64,000 nucleotides of DNA from an uncultured bacterium (lineage in GTDB: Bacteria; Oederibacteriota; Oederibacteriia; Oederibacteriales; Oederibacteriaceae), in assembly GCA_965112635.1 (NCBI GenBank), contig OZ218778.1, positions 864,001-928,000 of the forward strand. The letters run 5' to 3'. Below, in pieces: positions 51,265 through 60,107 of this stretch (positions are counted from its first letter, which is position 1; each line of letters begins with the position of its first letter). The notes below the pieces were generated by a model that saw only the letters and a program-made list of their open reading frames with translations, did no database searches and was not told where the DNA came from. Made by a program: the position numbers and the translations under genes.

Positions 51265-51279
51265 AGGGGCAGCAAGACC

Positions 51280-51987
51280 ATGAAGGATCAGTTTACCGAA
51301 CATACTGGTTTATGTTATGAAGCCATGGCTGGCAAATATTCAAAATCAGTCGATACAAAACCATGGAATGCCTTCTACGAACGACCAGGGATGCTTTCTT
51401 TGTTGCCGCCTCTGGCAGGTACTCATGTGCTTGATGCTGGATGCGGATCTGGATGGTATGCTCAATACCTTCTCGATCAAGGCGCCACGGTAACGGCATT
51501 TGATCTGATCCAGAAATTTGTGGATATGACAAAGTCCCGGGTCAATAATCGCGCCAAGGTGCTACAGGCAGATCTGAGCAGACCTCTGGGGTTTGCAGCA
51601 AATGCTGAATTTGATTTAATTGTCTGTCCCTTAGTCATGCACTATTTGAAAGACTGGAATCCTCCCCTAAAAGAATTCTATCGTGTTCTCAAGCCATCCG
51701 GATCGCTTGTTTTTTCAACTCACCATCCTTTCAATGACTGGAAACTATTCAACAGAGAAGATTATTTTGCTGTGGAACTTTTGGAGGATGAATGGGATGA
51801 GGGGAAAGTTACTTTTTATCGACGGCCACTTACAGGGATCAGCCAGTCCCTGCGTGATGCTGGATTTTGGATTGACCGTATCTTAGAGCCCCAACCCACT
51901 GAAGATTTCCGCCGTGCAGATCCGAAAGGATATGAACGCTTGACCAAGAATCCATGGTTCCTTTTTATTCGTGCCTGCAAGAAATAA
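51280..51987 (+). CDS. class I SAM-dependent methyltransferase
   Basis: VLDAGCGSG motif I, LKPSGSLVFS. Confidence 0.9.
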   Translation: MKDQFTEHTGLCYEAMAGKYSKSVDTKPWNAFYERPGMLSLLPPLAGTHVLDAGCGSGWYAQYLLDQGATVTAFDLIQKFVDMTKSRVNNRAKVLQADLSRPLGFAANAEFDLIVCPLVMHYLKDWNPPLKEFYRVLKPSGSLVFSTHHPFNDWKLFNREDYFAVELLEDEWDEGKVTFYRRPLTGISQSLRDAGFWIDRILEPQPTEDFRRADPKGYERLTKNPWFLFIRACKK

Positions 51988-52034
51988 ATAAGAAGAATAG
52001 GCTAGAAACAACACAAAATCAGAAGGAGCCGTTG

Positions 52035-53963
52035 ATGAGCCAGCGATCCAAGCCTGAGGTTAAACCCCGATGCTTCGACTTGTCGGCCTTAGCGTGGACC
52101 CTGCGGGGGTGGCGGGCGAATTCCTGGAATTTCGGTCCGCCGGTGCCTGAAGTAGGTCCTCTGCCGGTTCGCGTGCCCGGATCCGTACAGCAGGCACTGC
52201 GAGAGGCAGGCCTGCTCCCGGACTGGAACGTGGGGCTAAACTCCCGCCTCTGCGAGTGGGTGGAAAACCGCCATTGGAGTTTCGAAACAACGATCCCAAA
52301 GGCATGGGCGGATCTACCGGGGCGCAAGCAGCTTTGTTGCGCCGGACTGGACTACAAGGGTGTTGTACGGATCAACGGAGCTGAAGTTGGACATTTTGAT
52401 AACGCTTTTGTCCCATGGCAATTCGACCTCTCCCCGCAGTTGAAGGCCGGGGATAACCGCCTCGAAATCATCTTTACTGACAATCCGCGTGACCTGGGAC
52501 AGATTGGGTATGCGTCTGCGATCCGCGACTGGAAGCCGCGTTTCAACTACGGATGGGACTGGGTTCCGCGTCTGGTACAGGTCGGCATCTGGGATTCCAT
52601 CTTCCTGAATGTGACGGACGGGCCCCAGATCGTAGGTGCGCGATGCTGGACGGAGGGACACGCTCTGAATGTGACGGCATCCGGCGGACGCATGCGTCTT
52701 GTGTTATCCGATGGGGTAAATGTGCTGCGTGAAGGCGAATTTGAAGGCGCAGTGACCTGGGACAACCTGCCTGTCCGGTCATGGTGGCCCAACGGTCAGG
52801 GTGATCAGCCTCTGTACACGGTTACATTGAGGACGGCGGGGTCTGGATCCAGCGAACGGCCTGAAGTGCATACCTGGCGGGTTGGTTTCAAGTCCGTGGC
52901 GTGGCAACCCTGCACCGGCGCGCCTGCCGGGGCCGAACCATGGCTCTGTGTCATCAATGGCAAGCCTGTCTTCCTGCAGGGAGTGAACTGGACGCCGATC
53001 CGGCCGTTCTTTGCGGACGTGACCGAAACGGAAATCCGTGAACGGCTCGAGCAGTACCGGCAGATGGGCGTCAACCTTGTGCGTGTCTGGGGCGGCGCGG
53101 TGCTGGAGACAGAACGCTTCTACTCGCTCTGCGACGAATTCGGCATCATGGTCTGGCAGGAGTTCCCGTTGAGTTCGTCGGGGATTGACAACTGGCCGCC
53201 GGAAGAACCTTTAGTGATCGACGGCATGCGTGCGATCGTGGCCAGTTATATCGCGCGCCGCCAGCATCATGCCTCTCTTCTGCTCTGGTGCGGGGGCAAC
53301 GAGTTACAGGGCGCGCTCGATGGCGGCAAGACCGGCCTCGGCAAGCCCGTGGACGTTTCTCATCCGATGATGGCCGCAATGGCAGAGATCGTCCGACGGA
53401 TGGATCCCGGGCGGCGTTTCCTGCCAACCTCGTCTTCTGGACCCAGGTTCGGGGCCGATCCCGCCGATTACGGCAAAGGGGTCCACCACGACGTGCATGG
53501 CCCCTGGAATCATGAAGGGACTTTGGACAAGTGGCGTGTTTACTGGGACGGCGACGATGCGCTGTTCCGTTCCGAAACAGGCATGCCCGGCGCGAGTTCC
53601 GCGGCTATGATCCGCACCCTGTGCGGCGACATTTCCCCGGTCCCGTGCGATTTGAGCAATCCGGTGTGGAATCACGCGTCTCCCTGGTGGATCCAGTGGG
53701 CCGATTACCTTAAACAGGGGGGCGATGCGGCCAGTCTGGACCGGTTCGTGGCCTGGAGCCAGGCACGTCAGGCCGAGGGGCTGGCTTATGCGGCAGCCGT
53801 GACCAAGCGGCGTTTCCCGGCTTGCGGCGGCTTTTTGGTCTGGATGGGGCACGACTGTTTTCCTTGTCCGGTCAACACGGCAGTTGTTGATTTTAACGGC
53901 AAACTAAAGCCGGCCGGCGAGGCGCTGGCAAAGGTGTTTCAAACAAGGCCTGATCCCATTTAA
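52035..53963 (+). CDS. glycoside hydrolase family 2 (beta-mannosidase-like)
   Basis: YGWDW, RVWGG, VWQEF, WCGGNE, FRSETG. Confidence 0.85.
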   Translation: MSQRSKPEVKPRCFDLSALAWTLRGWRANSWNFGPPVPEVGPLPVRVPGSVQQALREAGLLPDWNVGLNSRLCEWVENRHWSFETTIPKAWADLPGRKQLCCAGLDYKGVVRINGAEVGHFDNAFVPWQFDLSPQLKAGDNRLEIIFTDNPRDLGQIGYASAIRDWKPRFNYGWDWVPRLVQVGIWDSIFLNVTDGPQIVGARCWTEGHALNVTASGGRMRLVLSDGVNVLREGEFEGAVTWDNLPVRSWWPNGQGDQPLYTVTLRTAGSGSSERPEVHTWRVGFKSVAWQPCTGAPAGAEPWLCVINGKPVFLQGVNWTPIRPFFADVTETEIRERLEQYRQMGVNLVRVWGGAVLETERFYSLCDEFGIMVWQEFPLSSSGIDNWPPEEPLVIDGMRAIVASYIARRQHHASLLLWCGGNELQGALDGGKTGLGKPVDVSHPMMAAMAEIVRRMDPGRRFLPTSSSGPRFGADPADYGKGVHHDVHGPWNHEGTLDKWRVYWDGDDALFRSETGMPGASSAAMIRTLCGDISPVPCDLSNPVWNHASPWWIQWADYLKQGGDAASLDRFVAWSQARQAEGLAYAAAVTKRRFPACGGFLVWMGHDCFPCPVNTAVVDFNGKLKPAGEALAKVFQTRPDPI

Positions 53964-53965
53964 AT
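53933..53965 (+). repeat. 33-bp direct repeat, copy 1
   Basis: GGTGTTTCAAACAAGGCCTGATCCCATTTAAAT. Confidence 0.9.
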
Positions 53966-54003
53966 GATAAAATTCTAACCGCTACAAAAAAGGAGGCCCA
54001 CTC

Positions 54004-55410
54004 ATGAAGATCGCAATCATCGGCGCAGGTTCGATGGTGTTTTCGAAGAACGTCATCTCGGATATTCTGTTCTTCGACGAGCTTAAGAACGTCCGCTTCA
54101 GTCTGATGGACACGGACCCTGAGCGCCTAGCCGTGGCCGAGGCCCTGGCGCGCTCGATCAATGCCACGCGCGGGGCCCGGGCCGGGATCAAGGCCACCAC
54201 GAACCGCAAGGCCGCCCTCGAGGGCGCGGACGTGGTTGTCAACACGATCGGGGTCGGCGGCTTCGAAGCCACGAAAAAGGATCTGGAGATCCCCATGCGT
54301 CACGGCCTACGGCAAACTATCGGGGACACCCTCGGGATCGGCGGCATCTTCCGCACGCTTCGTTCCCTTCCGGTGGTCCTCGGCCTTTGCCGTGACATGG
54401 AGGAGGTCTGCCCGCAGGCCCTGCTCCTGAACTACGTGAACCCGATGGCCACGCACTGCATGGGCATCGCCCGCGCCACTAAGATCCGCGCCGTCGGCCT
54501 CTGCCATGGCGTCCGCTACACCCGCGGCCGGGTCATCATGCTCGCGCGCATGGCCGGCATGAGCGCGAAGGAGCGCTCCGCGATCATGCAGGGCTGGGAT
54601 CCGACCGAGACCGGCGTGCCCCAGCTCGGCGACTTTTACCACGAGTGCGTCATGGACGAGAAGGTCGAGACGCTTTGCGCCGGCATCAATCACATGGCGG
54701 CCTTCCTGACGCTGCGCGAAAACGGGAAGGACCTGTACCCGCTCGTCCGGAAGGCGGCGGGCATCAAGCCCCTGTGGGACCTCGAGCCGGTGCGGCTCGA
54801 CCTCTTCCTGCGGCTCGGCTACTTCTTCACCGAGACGAGCGGCCACATCGCCGAGTATCTCCCCTGGTACATGAAGAGCGACTCGGAGATCAAGCGGTGC
54901 TCGCCGATGCTGAGGCCGCTCATTTACCTCAAGACCTGCAACGACCTCGCCGCGGTCTTCAAGGAATACAAGCGCAAGGCGAAGAACCAGGAGCCCTTCA
55001 TCGGCCCGCGGGAGCCGGTCAGCGCCGAGTACGCCTCGCGGATCATCCTGGCCAAGGCCACGAACCGGCCGTACCTTTTCAACGGCAATGTGCCGAACCA
55101 CGGCGGGGCGCTCATCGCGAACCTGCCCGGCGATGCCTGCGTCGAGGTGCCGTGCGCGGTGGACGGGACCGGCGTGCATCCCACCCGGATCGGCGACCTG
55201 CCGCCGCAGCTCGCGGCCCTGATGCGCACCAACGTGAACGTCCAGGACCTCACGGTCCGCGCCATCCTCGAGGAGAAGCGGGAGCACCTCTACCACGCGG
55301 CCATGCTCGACCCGAACACGTCCGCCTCGCTCACGCTGCCGCAGATTTGGAAGCTGATGGATGAGATGATCCGCGCCCATGGCAGTATCCTGCCGCGCTT
55401 CGCGAGGTGA
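54004..55410 (+). CDS. NAD-dependent alpha-galactosidase/glucosidase (GH4)
   Basis: KIAIIGAGS, QTIGDTLGIGG, LNYVNP, GLCHG, GINH. Confidence 0.92.
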   Translation: MKIAIIGAGSMVFSKNVISDILFFDELKNVRFSLMDTDPERLAVAEALARSINATRGARAGIKATTNRKAALEGADVVVNTIGVGGFEATKKDLEIPMRHGLRQTIGDTLGIGGIFRTLRSLPVVLGLCRDMEEVCPQALLLNYVNPMATHCMGIARATKIRAVGLCHGVRYTRGRVIMLARMAGMSAKERSAIMQGWDPTETGVPQLGDFYHECVMDEKVETLCAGINHMAAFLTLRENGKDLYPLVRKAAGIKPLWDLEPVRLDLFLRLGYFFTETSGHIAEYLPWYMKSDSEIKRCSPMLRPLIYLKTCNDLAAVFKEYKRKAKNQEPFIGPREPVSAEYASRIILAKATNRPYLFNGNVPNHGGALIANLPGDACVEVPCAVDGTGVHPTRIGDLPPQLAALMRTNVNVQDLTVRAILEEKREHLYHAAMLDPNTSASLTLPQIWKLMDEMIRAHGSILPRFAR

Positions 55411-55411
55411 G

Positions 55412-55444
55412 GGTGTTTCAAACAAAGCCTGATCCCATTTAAAT
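55412..55444 (+). repeat. 33-bp direct repeat, copy 2
   Basis: GGTGTTTCAAACAAAGCCTGATCCCATTTAAAT (1 mismatch to copy 1). Confidence 0.9.
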
Positions 55445-55559
55445 ATGGATGCCATAAAAAACTATATTTTAGAGCATAAATAGTGTTTATTAAACAAAAC
55501 AAAACTGTATAAAAATATATATACTATTTCATGCACAAAATATGGGGAATATTAACTTG

Positions 55560-56092
55560 CTTAATTCCGCCCAGCTTGCTGGGCGGTTACCACATGAGGT
55601 ATTGTAAGTGAATGAGAGCGGTTAAAAAGACTGAAAACAGTGCCTATCAAATACATTATCATTTTGTATGTCCAGTAAAGTACAGGAGAGCGATTTTTGG
55701 TCATCAGGACCGCTCTCATTCACTTATTGAGATATGTAGAGAAATCGAAGAGCGGTACGAGATTGAGTTTGAGCAGGTAGGAATAGACCGCAACCATGTG
55801 CACTATTTATTGAGCGCTGCTCCAAAATATTCTCCATCACAAATCATACAAATGGTGAAGAGTATAACGGCAAGGGAGTTACTAAAGCGGTACAAGGAGC
55901 TAGAGGTGGAGCTATGGGGAGGTGCGGTCTGGACAGAGGGATTCTTTGTTGCGACCGTTGGAGAGGGTGGAAACAAAGATATAATTAAACAGTATGTAGC
56001 AAAACAAGGGCAGCACGAAGGTTTAAAACAGTTAAAGCTCTTCGATTTCTAAACCAATAGATACCGCCCAGCTTGCTGGGCGGAGAATCATT
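55560..56092 (+). mobile_element. IS200/IS605-family element (tnpA only), ends approximate
   Basis: identical 20-nt palindromes CCGCCCAGCTTGCTGGGCGG at 55567-55586 and 56064-56083 flanking a Y1 transposase. Confidence 0.9.
55612..56052 (+). CDS. tnpA: IS200-family Y1 (HUH) transposase
   Basis: YHFVCPVKYRR, NHVH (HUH), KSITA, W..GFFV.TVG, YVAKQ. Confidence 0.95.
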   Translation: MRAVKKTENSAYQIHYHFVCPVKYRRAIFGHQDRSHSLIEICREIEERYEIEFEQVGIDRNHVHYLLSAAPKYSPSQIIQMVKSITARELLKRYKELEVELWGGAVWTEGFFVATVGEGGNKDIIKQYVAKQGQHEGLKQLKLFDF

Positions 56093-56145
56093 ATTTTGGA
56101 TGAGGTGTTTGGACGGGTTGGCGAATAGTTGGCGATTAGGTGGAG

Positions 56146-56237
56146 ATTAACGCATAAATGTAAATAAAAAGTTAATTAGGCCATGTTTAAGGCAAAATTA
56201 ACGATATATTGACAAAAAACCGTTAATGGAGTATGTT
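56146..56237 (+). promoter_or_regulatory. fic promoter with twin ATTAAC-N19-GTTAAT operators
   Basis: palindromes at 56146-56176 and 56197-56227; TTGACA(56209)-17 bp-TATGTT(56232). Confidence 0.6.
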
Positions 56238-56243
56238 TCTTAT

Positions 56244-57125
56244 ATGGCAACACCAAATCCTGTAAAAACCAGCATTAAAGCTCTTAAAATCGAATACGAC
56301 CGGCTTCGTAAGGGTAAGGAATCCCTTCTCAAAATTATAGACGAATCCGAGATTTCAGAGAGCGTTTTTAACTCCAACGCCATTGAGAATTCAACGCTTA
56401 CCCTCAAGGAAACAGAGCGCATTCTGATGGAGCTGGAAGTTTCCCGCAATGTTTCGGTGCGGGAGGTTTTTGAGGCAAAGAATCTCGCGCGGGTGATGGA
56501 ATATACCAGGGGCAAAGCCATGGAATCCGAGCTTTCCCTGGATATGATCCTGCTTCTGCATAAAATGCTGATCAGCAATATCAATGATGCTTACGCGGGG
56601 CGTTTTCGCGTCGCGGGCGAATATGTCCGGGTGGGGACGCATATAGCCCCGGCCCCTGAGCATGTCGAAAGCATGATGGAGGCGGTCCTGCTGGAATTTG
56701 CCGCGGACAACGAGAATTATTTCTCCGACAAGATCGCGAAATTCCACCTTGATTTTGAGACCATCCATCCTTTTTGCGACGGTAACGGCAGAATGGGGCG
56801 CGTGATCATCAATTTCCAGCTTATGCGGGCTGGTTTTCCCTGCATTATCATCCGGGATAAGGAGAAGGGGGTCTATTACACCTCGTTCACGGAATACGGC
56901 GGCTCGAAAAAAACGAAGACAATGGAAAAAGTCGTGACGCTGGCCCTGATGGAATCGCTCCATAAAAGAGTCGCCTATCTCTGTGGCGAGAACATCACCC
57001 TGCTGGCGGATTTCGCCAAGTCCCATCAGAAATCTATCAACGTCCTGCTTAATGCCGCCCGCAGGCAGACGATCCCGGCTTTCCGTGAAAAGGGCGTTTG
57101 GAAGATCGGTGATCACAAACCATGA
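56244..57125 (+). CDS. Fic family protein with C-terminal putative DNA-binding domain
   Basis: SNAIENS inhibitory-like motif, HPFCDGNGRMGR active site; start 56244 inferred from promoter (ORF track start 56226). Confidence 0.88.
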   Translation: MATPNPVKTSIKALKIEYDRLRKGKESLLKIIDESEISESVFNSNAIENSTLTLKETERILMELEVSRNVSVREVFEAKNLARVMEYTRGKAMESELSLDMILLLHKMLISNINDAYAGRFRVAGEYVRVGTHIAPAPEHVESMMEAVLLEFAADNENYFSDKIAKFHLDFETIHPFCDGNGRMGRVIINFQLMRAGFPCIIIRDKEKGVYYTSFTEYGGSKKTKTMEKVVTLALMESLHKRVAYLCGENITLLADFAKSHQKSINVLLNAARRQTIPAFREKGVWKIGDHKP

Positions 57126-57161
57126 ACGAATTTAAAAATGTTTGGGGTTTTAGGAGTTAAA

Positions 57162-57452
57162 ATGTAAGAAATACGACACTTTTTTATAGTTATTATTTTT
57201 GGAATAGTGATGTTAGATAATATTGGATTCTTTGGAAGACCCGATAACATTGTGCACCTACTAGGGTTGCCTTTTGGCTGGTTTTTGATTTACGTTTTTG
57301 TAACTCAACATATAAGACGGTTTCATGATCTTGATAAACCAGGACATTACATCTGGTCGATTCTTGTGCCCATTGTATATTTATATTTTTTAATTTTTCT
57401 ACTCTTTAAAAAAGGTACTTTAGGAGCAAATAGATATGGAGATAAAGAGTGA
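57162..57452 (+). pseudogene. DUF805-like membrane protein with stop at codon 2 (or translated from GTG 57207)
   Basis: AGGAG-ATG-TAA in frame with ORF carrying IRRFHDLDKPG and KKGT.G.NRYG motifs. Confidence 0.55.
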
Positions 57453-57528
57453 GCGGAAGTACTAGACATTCAACTAAATGTGAATTGGGTTCAAACATTA
57501 GATAAAGGAAAGTTTTATTTTTTGTTTA

Positions 57529-58422
57529 CTAAACCTCTTTTTGAAAAGGCATTCCGGGTTGGGCGCCGGGGCGGGTCACAGAAATAGACGCGGCTTTGAC
57601 CGCCTTCTGGACTGAACGGTCCAGGGTCAGGCCCTGGGCCAGGCCAACGCTGAGCCAGGCAGTAAAACAGTCTCCGGCACCCACCGTATCCACTGGACGG
57701 ACATGGGGAGCTGGGATTATTCTCTCGCCCGCGGAGTCGCAAATAAGAGCGCCTTTTGACCCCAAAGTGATGACCACCTGATGACAACCCAGTTTACGCA
57801 ATTGGCGGGCGGACTTTTTCAAATCCCCGATGCCGGTCAACAGAGCGGCTTCGTGTTCGTTGGGCGTCAAAGTGTGGACCATTTTTAAAAGAGAGACGGG
57901 GAGCTTTTGGGCCGGAGCAGGATTTAAAATAAAAGGCACCTCAGCCAGATAGGCCAAACCAGCCACAGTCATCACGGTCAGCAAGGGTATTTCCAGCTGG
58001 CACACGACCGCCTTACTATTATTGATGGCCGGAGCCGCCTGCCTGATGTCAGCCGGGGAAAGAGAGTCATTGGCGGACTTGGCCACGGCGATCATATTTT
58101 GTTTGGAGCTGCCGCCTACCAGGATAAGGGCAATGCCACTGGGCTGTTTGGGGTGGACTTTAAAGTAGCGGACATTGATGCCTTCTTTTTTCAGGCCCAG
58201 CATAGCTTTTTTACCGAAGTCATCGTTGCCCCTGGCTCCGACAAAGACCACCCGGGCTCCTGCTCTGGCCGCGGCCACAGCCTGGTTGGCGCCTTTTCCT
58301 CCGGCAAATTGTTTGAATTCACCGCCCAAAAGGGTTTCTCCAGGCTGGGGCAGACGGTCACAAACCAGGACCAGGTCTGTATTGGAACTTCCTACTATGG
58401 TTATTTGAGGTTTATGACTCAT
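57529..58422 (-). CDS. rbsK: ribokinase (PfkB family)
   Basis: VGSSNTD, GGKGANQAVAAAR, PNEHEA, DTVGAGDCF. Confidence 0.92.
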   Translation of the reverse strand: MSHKPQITIVGSSNTDLVLVCDRLPQPGETLLGGEFKQFAGGKGANQAVAAARAGARVVFVGARGNDDFGKKAMLGLKKEGINVRYFKVHPKQPSGIALILVGGSSKQNMIAVAKSANDSLSPADIRQAAPAINNSKAVVCQLEIPLLTVMTVAGLAYLAEVPFILNPAPAQKLPVSLLKMVHTLTPNEHEAALLTGIGDLKKSARQLRKLGCHQVVITLGSKGALICDSAGERIIPAPHVRPVDTVGAGDCFTAWLSVGLAQGLTLDRSVQKAVKAASISVTRPGAQPGMPFQKEV

Positions 58423-58440
58423 TGTTACCCTTCTAATAAA

Positions 58441-58575
58441 TTCCTCCCCTTTGTACGCCAAAGGCGCGCAGAGCGACGGGAGGAAAAAGGTGGGGTAGAA
58501 CGGCAGACCAATCTACCTCCCCTTTGTCCCCTCCTCCCCATACGGGGACTGTAAAGAGTTACAAAGGAGGGGAGA
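58441..58575. repeat. REP-like palindromic intergenic element
   Basis: CCTCCCCTTTGT at 58443 and 58516, near-complementary ACAAAGGAGGGGAG at 58561. Confidence 0.45.
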
Positions 58576-58739
58576 TTCGTTACTTACCAAGGATTTTAGA
58601 ATATAAAGCTTCAAGATAAAACAATAAAGATGCGCCAGATAAATGGAGTTTTGAGCATGTCCTTACGTGTTGTCCGTTGTGGTAAAATACCCATCTATCC
58701 AAAAAGCTCAAAAAATCTTATTGTCGGCAGGGAGCAACC

Positions 58740-60092
58740 ATGAACTTGATCTGGCTGATGCTTAAACCCAACGATGTCGAAGTGGAGAGAGAGCAGCTCC
58801 TCGACGAAGGAAGAGATATTTCCTCGGTGGAAAGGGAACTGAAAAAATTAGCCAGCCTGCCTAAAGGAACAAATTTAGAGAAGTTACAGCCCAAAATAGC
58901 TGCCCTGCTGGATAAAACCCAAAAACTTCCCATGAAAAAAGGGTACACCTTTGTGGAGCCGTCTGATCTGGCCGGCATCAAAAAAGCCCGGCCCAAAGGG
59001 CCCCGCAGGATAAAAGACAAGTTAAGCGACAAGGTCCTTTTCAATAAAGTTTTGGGAGCCTGGCTGGGACGCTGCAGCGGCTGCTTGCTGGGCAAGCCCG
59101 TGGAAGGCGTGCGTTCCTATAATATCTGGGGCTACTTAAAAGAGCTCAGGCGCTATCCTTTGTCCGATTATTTCCATTCGGACGTACCCAAACGCATCCT
59201 GAAAAAATATGGAATGGCGGGGAGAAGGACTTTTATCAATGAGGTCCCATATATGGTGGAGGATGACGATACCAATTACACGGTGACCGGCCTGGCGCTT
59301 GTCAAGGAAAAGGGCATTAACTTTGTGCCGGAGGATATGGCGGATTTTTGGATCAACAATATTCCCCTGACCCATACCTGCACGGCGGAGCGGGTCGCCT
59401 ACAAGAATTTTGCTCTGAGCATGACCCCTCCCCACACAGCCAATTTTCGCAACCCCTACCGGGAGTGGATAGGCGCGCAGATACGGGGGGACTTTTTCGG
59501 GTATGTGGCCTTGGGCAATCCTGAGCTGGCCGCGGAACTGGCCTGGCGGGACGCCTCTATCAGCCATATCAAGAACGGTATTTACGGCGAGATGTGGGTG
59601 GCGGCCATGCTAGCGGCCGCGCCTTTTTGCCAAGATACCAGGGAAGTGATAGAGATAGGACTGACCGAGATACCGGCCAGATCCAGATTGACCCGGGATA
59701 TCCACGAAGTGATGTCCTGGTATGACCAGGGAGTGAATTACGAGGAAGCGGTCAAAAGTATCCATCAAAAATGGGATGAGAAAAGCTCACACCACTGGTG
59801 CCATACCAACAGCAACGCGCAAATCGTGGCTGTCGGCCTGCTGTGGGGCGAGGGGAATTTTGAAAGGTCCATCTGCCGGGCTGTCCAGCCCGGGTTTGAC
59901 ACGGACTGCAACGGCGCGACCGTAGGTTCGATCGTGGGCATGATGCTGGGTGCGGCCAAACTGCCCCGCAAATGGGTCGGGCCTTTGCACGACAAAATTG
60001 CCACAGGCATCGCGGGATACAACCTGGTCAAGATATCTGACCTGGCCAAAGAAGGATTTGAGCTATACAAGAAATACAGAAAACATTCGTAA
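58740..60092 (+). CDS. ADP-ribosylglycohydrolase family protein
   Basis: GAWLGRCSGCLLG, EDDDTNY, WIGAQIR, GFDTDCNGATVGS. Confidence 0.9.
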   Translation: MNLIWLMLKPNDVEVEREQLLDEGRDISSVERELKKLASLPKGTNLEKLQPKIAALLDKTQKLPMKKGYTFVEPSDLAGIKKARPKGPRRIKDKLSDKVLFNKVLGAWLGRCSGCLLGKPVEGVRSYNIWGYLKELRRYPLSDYFHSDVPKRILKKYGMAGRRTFINEVPYMVEDDDTNYTVTGLALVKEKGINFVPEDMADFWINNIPLTHTCTAERVAYKNFALSMTPPHTANFRNPYREWIGAQIRGDFFGYVALGNPELAAELAWRDASISHIKNGIYGEMWVAAMLAAAPFCQDTREVIEIGLTEIPARSRLTRDIHEVMSWYDQGVNYEEAVKSIHQKWDEKSSHHWCHTNSNAQIVAVGLLWGEGNFERSICRAVQPGFDTDCNGATVGSIVGMMLGAAKLPRKWVGPLHDKIATGIAGYNLVKISDLAKEGFELYKKYRKHS

Positions 60093-60107
60093 TTTAGGAG
60101 GAAAGCG

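Noticed and set aside
50278-51303. 341-aa minus-strand ORF opposite GH78
   Set aside because: Antisense shadow from codon bias
53933-55444. integron attC cassette array
   Set aside because: The repeats lack attC R/L box palindromic structure, there are only two copies, and no integrase is in the window
54307-55455. 382-aa antisense and 239-aa alternate-frame ORFs in GH4
   Set aside because: Expected in very high-GC coding DNA where stop codons are rare
55612-56100. TnpB/omega-RNA guided nuclease system
   Set aside because: The element closes with its right hairpin 12 bp after tnpA; no tnpB or iscB ORF
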